A stretch of 64,000 nucleotides of DNA from Azolla caroliniana (taxonomy: Eukaryota; Plantae; Polypodiophyta). How positions within the stretch are numbered: position 1 is the first letter of the stretch; each line of letters opens with the position of its first letter. The stretch spans positions 25,606,001 through 25,670,000 of the forward strand of contig JBHGNT010000004.1 of the NCBI GenBank assembly GCA_043228905.1, read 5' to 3'. Below the pieces are notes generated by a model. The model saw only the letters and a program-made list of their open reading frames with translations, was not told the DNA's origin and searched no databases. Positions 54,090 through 64,000 of the stretch are shown here, one piece after another. The position numbers and the translations under genes were made by a program.

Positions 54090-57000
54090 CCTGCAGAGAA
54101 AGAGCGCAGAAAGAGCAGAGGAAGAAGAAGAAGAAGAAGAAGAAGAGCTGGTCGTAGTCGTGGCTTCTTCTGATCCTCCTCTGTATTATATATATATGTA
54201 CTGTATACATACATACACATGATGTAGCGTGTCTCGCGCGGACACACACATCATATACACGTAACACCTTCCTTGCCACGTTATGGAATCATCTTCGTCC
54301 GCTTTGGTTTCACATTGTTGATTTGGAATGTGGAGAGTGTGAAACCCAAGTATCAATAAATGGTAAGACCCCACCCCCAAACTTAAATCCAATCTCAAAG
54401 ACCTTTTCATTTCTTTTTTTTTGGCCACGCATTCCTTGTTGCTTATCCGTCCTTTCCGTTTCACACTCTCGATGATGTTCTAACATCGATGTCTACCACC
54501 AAACACATATGAAAGGCTCTCTATCTAGCATGATTGAGTTGGGTTGCCTATTTGAATGCACGATTGTGTGTATCATAAGTGATTGTTCTCACAAAAAGGA
54601 AGAACTTGGTAACCTCTTTGGAAGCAACTGTGTGATATACCTACATCAATGGTTGGCTATTGCCCGTGCAATAATTCAAGCAAAATTGATGTAAGAGTTG
54701 GAAGGTAAATCTAGTAGAACAAGTAGCCGTCTATCACCAAATGACACTCACTCTCACCCACCTCACCAACAAAGGGTAGACGATGGTATGTCCCTACTCA
54801 CTAGCCTTGAGGTGCTTCTCAATAAGAACATGTGAGTAAGAAGTAACTTTCGGGAAGGATCCAAAAAGAGGATACATCTTTGGTGGTGTTGTGAACTACT
54901 TGTAACTAGTGATGACCTTTTTGTAGGATCCTATTGCTATGTGTAGGTAAAGGAGGTGAGAAAGAACCACCTTGAAACAAGTTATGGAAATGATTGACCA
55001 ACTATATGTGATATTTGAGTGTATAATTACTCTATAAAGTGTAATCTTTTGGACATAGGGGTAGTTTGGTAAATTTGGAACTTCTAGGGGCGTTTTGGTA
55101 AATAGACGAACTTCCAGGGGTATCCTGGTACTTTTCCCTAAAGAATAATAACTATATTCTTTAAGAGTAACCGCCCCATTGAGATGTTATCCCACATTTA
55201 AACAATATTAGGTAATGACATCTATGAAGAGGAGGATAGTGACATCTATCTTGTGTACATGATAAGGAATGGTAATCGAGACTCTAGAGGGGTGCCTCAA
55301 GGGCCTATATCTAAGATAGAGATAAAATATTCTACTTCACAAGGCCCCTACATGGTCAGTTAGTTCTCCATTTAGCACAACTATTATGTCTTTATCGGCT
55401 TGTAATCCACATAACACGTGAATGTTACCTTTTTCAACAACCTACACTTGACTTTGAGGGCATGGTTCAAATGAGAGGTTACGTGCCTTGGTTGTGGTCA
55501 TGACCACTTTGTACTTGATTGCCTTGAGAAGAAAGGAAAGATGAGTATGCATTGTCATCCATTATAACATCCAAAATAGGGATACAAGTAGCCATGAGGG
55601 CCTAATGGAGCCCACCATTCATGAAGTCTTGAGATTATACCCTCAACCTTGGCACAATGTACTTTGACATATACATGGAGACTTAAAAATATAGATACAT
55701 GAAACCCACAATGGTTATCCCTTAACTAGAATCTCAAATGCTTTGAATCGAGATGATTAGACACAATAGTGGCTACACCTTTCGAAGACAATGATACAAA
55801 CTCACGCTCCCTATGACGATGATTAGTATTATTCATAAGGAAAAATTAGATACAAGCGTAAGAATGAGCATTCTAAGTTGTAGTTGGGCGTAGCAATGGA
55901 TTAGCCCTAAGATGGCACAAGCAGAGGCAGCTTTGAATGGCCAATGGTTTGGTCCATTGTGTTGAGGGCATGGTGATAGATTATTCCTTCATCATCCAAG
56001 ACATGGAGTACCATGTTTTTAGTCGCCAATTTGGTCAACCAACTAACTTAAATTGCTCCTTAGGATGGCCTTTGATTCATGTAAGTCAATTGATTATGGA
56101 ATTAAAAAAATGATATCCTCTACATGTACAAAGAGAATAAAACTTATCTCATCGGACCAATCCATGACCATAGACCTCATCAATATATGTAAACATTGTA
56201 ATCCTCGAGGAGGCCCAACTTCCATGTTTCAAGGTAGTGTAGATGTGATCTTCCTAACCAATTTCCCAATGGAGTTGAGGAATTGTGTAAATAAGAGGTC
56301 TTGAGTTACCTAGACATTTAGAAAACTATTGCATATATTTTTTGAATGGTTCGGGCTCTTTATGTCCCACTCTTTGAAGTAAGGACTATGTAATGAATGC
56401 ATCTCTCTTATTCTTTTTATCTTTCCATGACCAAGATAACATAATTTGCCAAAACCCTATTAAAGACTCGTGTTTTGTAACTTTGAAATTTATCTTTTTC
56501 GTTAATTAAAATATCATATTGTGTGTCTCACTTTATCTTTTTGCTTTCTTTTCTTTGTCATTTCATGCATTCGGAAGGTGGAGCCATTGTGGCTTCGCCC
56601 TATGTAATAGTAGATATTAAATGGTAGTAAGAGAATGGTGCTCTCATGGTGGTACTGGTTACTTACTTTACATGAATCCACAATAATGACATTGGTGACC
56701 ATGATAAGTGACTAAATTGGTAACCCGCAAGCGTACTAAATGTTGATGAACTCCAACATGACCACTAATCCGACTCATGTCTCTCGAGCGACAAAGCACC
56801 ATTTCCTTGAACACAGCTCTAAGAGCGAACAAACCTCATTCATCAGTTTCAAAAGCCCTACCTTTCATTCCTTTAATCCTCCCTTCATCCACCATAAAGA
56901 AGAGACGAGCTATTAAGCATTTTGGCATGCATGTCTAAGGGAATGTACTTGACACCTCATGGCCCATATGTAGCCCCAAGGGGCAAACATGCTTGACAAA

Positions 57001-58949
57001 ATGATTACCACCCCAAGGGGCAAACATGCTTCCAACTTTTCGTAGTCACCACCCATAGACACAAAGTACCACGACAATATTGTAGAGCACATCCCTTCAT
57101 TATTGATGATTTCGTGGTGTTATCAACTCTCGTCAAGTGGATGCCATGAGTTTCAACTAGTGTATGCCAACCTACAACATCTTAAATTATGATGCTCAAA
57201 CCCTATAAAGACAACCACACTTGACAAAGTACATTAGTCTATCCAATGATGACAGACCCCTTCAGAAAGTTGTAACAACCCCTTGAGTGGCGGTCTACTT
57301 GAAGGCCCATCCTCTAACCTCTTACTTGTGCCTTCGTTTGTGCTACGTATGGTTAACTAGATCTTGACCAACGGTTATAGACTTATTATGTGATGCTTGT
57401 TCTTTCTCATAGTGTTCCAATACCCTAAACCTGTAAATCATTAAAATGAGCCACTTAAACCTATAAACGAATAAACTTGAGTTTTATAACCAAACCGCGT
57501 CGTTATATACGAAAACCAAACCAAGCTATCTATTTACATTCAAACAAATATATCAATGCACCATGGCTTAGTGGTACAATTTGGCTGAAACCGGGATGTG
57601 TAGCTAATATTTTGGCATTTTTCTTTACATTTTTCCCTTCCTTTAAGGATTCATCCAAACTAAATTTCACTTTTTATTAACTAGCATTTTATATATATAC
57701 CCCCTAATTGTGACTACCTTTTTCTTTAATTAATAGTTTTTACTCACCATTATTAGGGTCAAGACCCATAATTAGCCATTGCACTTGATCACCCTTATAG
57801 CTAGATATGACCCATTGTGAAAGGCAATCTAACCCCAACTAGAGACATGTCATCATCTCTAATTAGGGTAATTGCTAAGCCAAAAACCAATACCTAAGGG
57901 AATCCCCTTCTATAAGAGTGCACACCCTCCATTAGGGCCAACTGTTTCAATTCCCCCTTGGGTCGGAGGAATTCTCATTTCCTCTCTCTCTCTTTTTTCT
58001 TTCTTTCCGTCACTCCAAAATGAACATTGAAGACCTTGCCCCTTTGTATATATCTTTTGGTCCTATGAGGGAAACCAAGGTTCCTCTTTCTTCATTTTCT
58101 TTTTTCCTTCTTTTTATACTTAACACACAAACAACCAAAAAGAAAAACTCACATGTGCAAACAAACATAGACACATACATACCTATACAGATGCACATAG
58201 ATACAACATGTGCAAAATATACACACAATTGATGATGTTGTTGATGACCCTCCCTCTTTTCCTTGAACATGTTCTCAAAATCCATATGTGGACTAGGTTT
58301 GATTAATATAGACATTATGTGTTAAAACACTTTATGATAATGCATGTTTGCATTTCATACGAAGTGATGCAAATATCTTGCATATATTTATATGTGTGTT
58401 TGCATATGTGTGCATATATATGTATGTACCTCATATGTAATGCTTGTTATCACACATATTGGTGCCTTTGTTCACTTTTCACAATTCCTTCCATTTCCTT
58501 ATCTTGTTTTTCATCTTAGGGAATACCACAATAGGAGATACCCAAGTGGTGTGGTATATCATGTAGATGAATGTAGATGATGTCTGCGTCTCGCAACTTA
58601 TCCACTTACTGTTTCACTTATTGAGCATAGTGGGAGTTCATGGGTCTAGGATGTTGGCGAACACACCAACTTTACCCCCTTATTGAGATACTCCTTTCAT
58701 GTCAACATAGATCCTCATGAAGATATCCTAAAATGAGCTAGTTCAAGTGTTCCGCTATGAAGACGGAATGTGCATCACCAATGTTACTTAAGTCAACCCC
58801 TTTTATTTGTGCAATACCATAAAAAAATATTCAATGCATGTATGCTTTCTAGTTGCGGTGAAGGCAAATGATAGGTATGGACCCTAATTCATAGAGTTTG
58901 AAATGCTTTTGGGAAATTGATTTCATGAGGTTTGATGGTTCTTTTCTCA

Positions 58950-59420
58950 TGAGTTTTTTTTGCTTGGACACCTACATGGGGTGAAATAATACCCAAATCC
59001 CGAATGGTGTTGATATTGTAACCCATTATGTGCACATATGTGATTTAACCATTGACACATGAAATTTCCTCAAACCTTGATGTCTCATCACCTCAAGGTT
59101 CCAATGCAATTCAACACAAGATACTCTTATCATGAGGCAATGTTTTCCAAAAGTTGTTAAATTGCACAACCTCAATATAAGTGAAGGAATGTAATTTGTG
59201 AGACCCTTGACCACTATGACGATGACCCAATGCTCGCACATATATTGTTTGTACCCATGACCATTGGAGTAACACTTGTGAATGCGTATGTACCTCCATA
59301 CATTTGACTATGTGAGCAACCAATGTGAAGACAATATGTCCTCCATATTGCCCATGGCCATTTGACCAACTTTTCTTTAAATATGTTTTTTCCAAGTTTG
59401 AGTCAAGAACCAAGCCGAGT
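58950..59420 (-). mobile_element. Possible decayed SWIM-finger (MULE-like) transposon remnant
   Basis: Minus strand at about 59225-59280 reads KCYSNGHGYKQYMCEHW, weakly like CxCxnCxH. No intact ORF. Confidence 0.2.
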
Positions 59421-60086
59421 CTTGTCGGGTCATTGATTTACGAATCTGCAATGTGATTGCCGTTTCCGACATACATGTTTGATCGAACATAATGATGTAA
59501 ATACATAATAGAGTGCTCTTACTTCAATTCATGTGGAATAGACATGTATTGCCAAATGGAATGCAAGTTTTTTCTTACACCGATGCAAATTTAGTGGATT
59601 GACATGGAAAATAAGAATGGTCTAGTATGTACATATAATATCATACATATAGCCTTAGCCAGCCATAGGAAACAGGCGTTGAGAGACACCCTGACACAAA
59701 CCTGCATCCGGTGAGGTGTGATACACACAAGCAGATGAGAAGAGATCTAAGGTATACATACATGATCACACTCACGATGATTCAGATCGAGGATTCCAAG
59801 CGATGTATGATATCAGTTGGAGTAGGTGTGAATGATTCTGCATACTTAACGGGGATTTGGGGATTCCATGATTGTCCGGCATAAGCTGATGCTGAGAGCC
59901 CACTATAAGACTAACTGGAGATGAAAATGGACCACAAGACGCTTATTCTGAGATGAGACACGGATCGGATCGGATCGGATCGGATTGCATGACATGGTGA
60001 ATAGTCCAGCAGATAGGTGATGACGATGATGATTTCAATATTTGACTTGATTTATGTGCGGATCTAGCGATATGTTAGGGCTAGGG

Positions 60087-60446
60087 TTAGCGAAGAGGAC
60101 CTCCGCCCAGCACCAGTGATGGTTGGTGGCGATGGTGATGATGAGGAGGAGGGGGAAGAGGAGGGGGGGGAGGGCCAGCACTGGCACTGGCACGTGGAGG
60201 TGATGGGCGATGACGGACAGGGGGAGGCGGAGGAAGACGACGTGCAAATGGATGAGATGGGCGATTGAAACCGACGCGTGGAGGTGGAGGCGGAGGAGGA
60301 GGAAGAGAGCGGTGACCGGCTGCAGGCGCTGGAAGAGGAGGAGGAGAAGAAGCCATCATCATTCCGTGAAAGAGAAGGAAAAGGCAAAAGGAAAGAGTTC
60401 GTGAATGATGAGAAATACAGTCAGTATTATTAAGAGATACATACAT
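60087..60446 (-). CDS. Putative small Pro/Arg/His-rich protein, possibly secreted
   Basis: 119-aa ORF with hydrophobic LSFCLFLLF followed by MMMASSPPP...PPPPHHHH. GC-rich island. Frame ambiguous. Confidence 0.45.
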   Translation of the reverse strand: MYVSLNNTDCISHHSRTLSFCLFLLFHGMMMASSPPPLPAPAAGHRSLPPPPPPPPRVGFNRPSHPFARRLPPPPPVRHRPSPPRASASAGPPPPPLPPPPHHHHRHQPSLVLGGGPLR

Positions 60447-60552
60447 AACAAAGATTTTATTGAAGGCCAGAAAACGTGTTGGTCGTCTCCATGTGGGTTG
60501 TCATTCAAGCGTGTCACACACGGAAACCCACCCCACCACGCCTCTCAATGAT

Positions 60553-60645
60553 GTATATATGTATATGTACATACATACATACATACATACATACATACAT
60601 ACATCCATACATATACATATGTATATGTATGTATGCATGTATGTA
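60553..60645. repeat. (ATAC)n microsatellite region
   Basis: Direct reading. Confidence 0.9.
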
Positions 60646-61881
60646 ACTAACTTACAGAAGCGTCTTCAATCCCATCCAATGTTTCGATTGATTGGTTCTT
60701 CACTCTCGGCATCTCTCTCTCTCTCCAATCCAATAATCCAATGTGTCCGACTACTCTTGTCTCTATAGGTCTTCTCAAAAGTGAAGGCAATAGTGAATTC
60801 TTGTCCAGTCTTTAGACCCTTGTTTGTACAGCTTAATGAATGAATGGGCTTGGGACATCTTGATTCCCCTCGAAGACAATTGCATGTGTTTATGGTGTCA
60901 ACTACCAAAAATCCATGTGGTTGCATGCTTGGGGAGGTGAGATTTTGGATGGCCACAAGCTTATGACATGAAAGGAGAGTTTGATAAATAACTCGTTAGT
61001 AGTGTTGCGTGCATAGCAATTTGAGCTTTTGCAAAGCAATATCATGACAAATAACCTTCACGCGATATCATGACCAAAGCTATTCTAAAAGGCTATCATT
61101 TCAATGGTGTGGTTACTTTGGCATGCATCGAGTGGATCGCAGCACCCAAACTTCCAAAGCATCAATATGCTGCTAGAAAAACTTGAGAGTAGCAATATAG
61201 AACTTGCTACATTGAACCATACAATAAAAGGTATGATTGTGTGAATTGGACCACAAAGAAGAAGCCTCCAACAACACCTCTTGGCTAGAAAGAACGAAAA
61301 CCTCTTGGTGTGTTGTTGCAGGCTTCTTCTTCTTACATGCACACAATAATAATACATCTGTCTTATCATGGTTCTACTAAGTTCCTTATTTATACTCATA
61401 ACAATTTGCATGCTTGGTGATTGTTGGGGTCTTCAACATGTTTATTATTGGTCATGATTGGTATATATATTCAATTCAATGCTGGATAAGTTGCTCATTT
61501 AAGAGGGTTCATAGGATAGAATACAATCCTTGCTCGAAATGTAGGCTCCAAAAGACATAGGCGGAATAATCAAATTAAGGCTTACAAGTATCAAGGCTCT
61601 AGGATAGAATAGTACTCACTTCATAAATGCATTATATTATTGCTGCAATGTGCATCACGACTTAGCACCAACGGAGGCACATCACACAAACTTCGGCAAT
61701 CCATGCCACATTTTGCGCGGATTAGCATCCTAACAATCTTTCTTATAATTGATAATGTCGAAGGAGTTCTATCATATTGTGTCATCACGAGAACCTCAAA
61801 CCTTCTATATAGTACCTCCAGAGAGTACCACAAACATATACACAATGCTTATATTACACCATGTTGATATCAGGGATTACA

Positions 61882-63847
61882 CTACCCAAGTAACTTGGTC
61901 AATGACAGCCAAAGCTTGCTAAAAATGGCTGATGCAAAAATCCCTCTTCCCCGACTTGAATTGCTTTTTATCTGTCCAAACAAGGTTTTTGTATCCTGAC
62001 AATCAGTCTTTTCAACAACAACTTTCACATTGTCTCTGGGCGTAGTAGTGTCACCTTGGACATGAGCATCCCATTCCTCTTCTAGCATGAGTGATGATAA
62101 GGTCTTCTCATTTGGAACAGTCGGTAGCAACAAAGACTTGTTTTTAGTAGACACATCATTGGCTATGTAACCACCTGTCATCATTGACCTCATTTGCTCA
62201 AAAAACAAAACTTGGACAATGATCCGTAGTGGAAGATGTTCATTTTGGGCTACATGCATGCACACATCCATAGATAGCTTCTTACAATCAAGAAGCCTAC
62301 AAATTCTTTTCTTCTCAGCCTTTGTCAGTTCTTTATGTTCCTGCAGTGTCGCACCATTAGCTAATGTCCAACTGTCTCAAAAAGATTAGTTGTCTGCATA
62401 CTACAATTGTTTACTTATAGGGAAAAACACCAAACTACCCCTAACTGTTTGGGTATTGGGTTATTCCTCATAATTGCCCAACAAGTTAGGGGTTTTCTGA
62501 TGTGTTTAGTCCTTTACTATGTTTATAAAAAGCCGGGTGTAATCATACCTTGAGGTACACATCAATCGCTCTATAAAGACCATCGTGAACCTGTCGAGCG
62601 AAGCCAGGCACGAGCTCAGCGAGACCAATGAATTTGGACAATGTCAAGTTCGGGTCTTTTGCTATCTCAGCCAAATATGCATCCACAAGCTTTGAAACCC
62701 TCAACATGGAGCTACTTATAATAGATGAAGTAGAAGATTGGGTCTCATGAATGACACCACCTTCACCTATGAGACTGGTTTTGATGCAGGGAGGAGCTAA
62801 TTCGGGCCTGGTTTCTCGAGCCATAAAATGCTCTAGAATGGATTGAATCATATCTACATCATAAACTGATTCATTTGCATAAGAGAAAGAAGGTATGAGA
62901 ATATCATTCAATGATGCATCGTCCAATTGCATTCCGATCCTTCTTGTGAGATCCATTTTCAAAGGCAATGCAGCATCGAGTAACAATGCTGCCTTGAGTA
63001 ATTTAAGCATAAAGGTACATGAATAGGAACCTTTTTCCGAGGGCAAGAGACTGACAATGACCTCTAAGAAATGCCGATGCTTCGATACCATCTCTATGTC
63101 GCCGTAATCATCGGCATAGGAAGCATCCACAGGGACAAGATTCACCTTCTGGTCCTTTAATATGGTCGGCAAGCATTTGTAAGCATATACCATAAGCGCT
63201 TTCCAAATCACACCACTCCCTATCCTCCCTTTAGATTTGATGGCCGATACTACCCTATGGTAAAGATCAATGTCCAATTGACAAATATCTTCTACCCACC
63301 AATCACTTGGAGCCATCTTCTTCTCATCCATATTTTGATGAGCAGCATTACCATCCAATGGAGTGGCACTTTGATTGGTTGGGATGGTCCCAGGCCTCAA
63401 TGTCGAGGGATTAGAGACTCTGGTGTAAGTGAATGACCAAGTGACTTTGGCCTGATCCACAGATGCCATCGAGGCAATTGAATCAATGCATGTGGCAACA
63501 AGCCTGAGATCTTCGGCCCATGGAAGGAGTAATTTGGTGGATTGAAGGCTAATAATACAATCTTTCCAAGCTCGAAAGATACACGAGTTCAAGAAATAAT
63601 CTATCATAAAGATGAGGTTTCCTTTTTCCATCTCTTCAGTCATTTCCAAGTATTGAGCGGCACAACGTACGGCAATGACATTGAACGCATTGAGAGTAAC
63701 TGCAATGCCATAGCAAAATTTTGCACAAAGCACAAAGGCTTCGGTTGTGCCTGGAATATCTTTGATGTGGATCACTGTGTCAGTATTTGTGACATTGATT
63801 TCTGACACGAGGCTGCGAAGATATCCAGACTTTGACAATAGAGGATA
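61882..63847 (-). CDS. BTB/POZ + NPH3 domain protein (NRL family, NPY/MAB4-like), 5' exon(s) outside window
   Basis: Exons 63847-62549 and 62340-61882. Encodes YPLLSKSG, DIPG..EAF.LCAKFCYG, DWWVED, LLKAA, YDVD, HDGLYRAIDVYLK|EH and DCKKLS...HVAQNEHLPLRIIVQVLFFEQ. Confidence 0.94.
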
Positions 63848-64000
63848 CTGCAACCATATGCACATTACAAATACATGGTCCAAACAAGAACAACTAATCT
63901 AGAAAGTTGAGCATGAACAATATTAACAACTTCATCATCATAAGACATCATACATATTAACAACTTCACCATCATAGAAATCTGTACTTATGTCATTGAA

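Noticed and set aside
53750-54157. Acidic plus-strand ORF as a real nuclear protein
   Set aside because: It has a non-ATG start and is most simply the antisense of trinucleotide-rich sequence. The promoter-like signals point to the minus strand.
55300-57400. Specific TE family call (hAT or LTR) for decayed intergenic DNA
   Set aside because: It looks TE-derived, but the motifs are too eroded to assign without a search.

Overview
Eukaryotic land-plant nuclear DNA: AT-rich, with spliceosomal introns, microsatellites and decayed transposons. Gene content, short introns and TE types suggest a seed-free plant, probably a small-genome fern (inference, not proven). Six recognisable intron-containing genes: a plastid/mitochondrial RNase II/RNR1-like exoribonuclease (+), nucleosome assembly protein NAP1 (-), ribosome-biogenesis GTPase BMS1 (+), a SURP/RS-rich protein with a C-terminal SRI-like domain (+), a JOX/JAO-like 2OG-Fe(II) dioxygenase (-) and a 5'-truncated NPH3/RPT2-like BTB gene (-). 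There are also two or three small Pro/His-rich ORFs, LINE, Gypsy and Copia remnants, and many local tandem duplications. Best observations: a clean U12-type AT-AC intron in BMS1; tandem duplications anchored on splice junctions in four different genes, with the copied splice dinucleotide often mutated; a Cys-less relic CCCH finger; and a tRNA-like head abutting a non-L1 (RTEX/L2-like) LINE inside the RNase II intron. I found no prokaryotic-type system (CRISPR, operon) and cannot claim a wholly new biological system.
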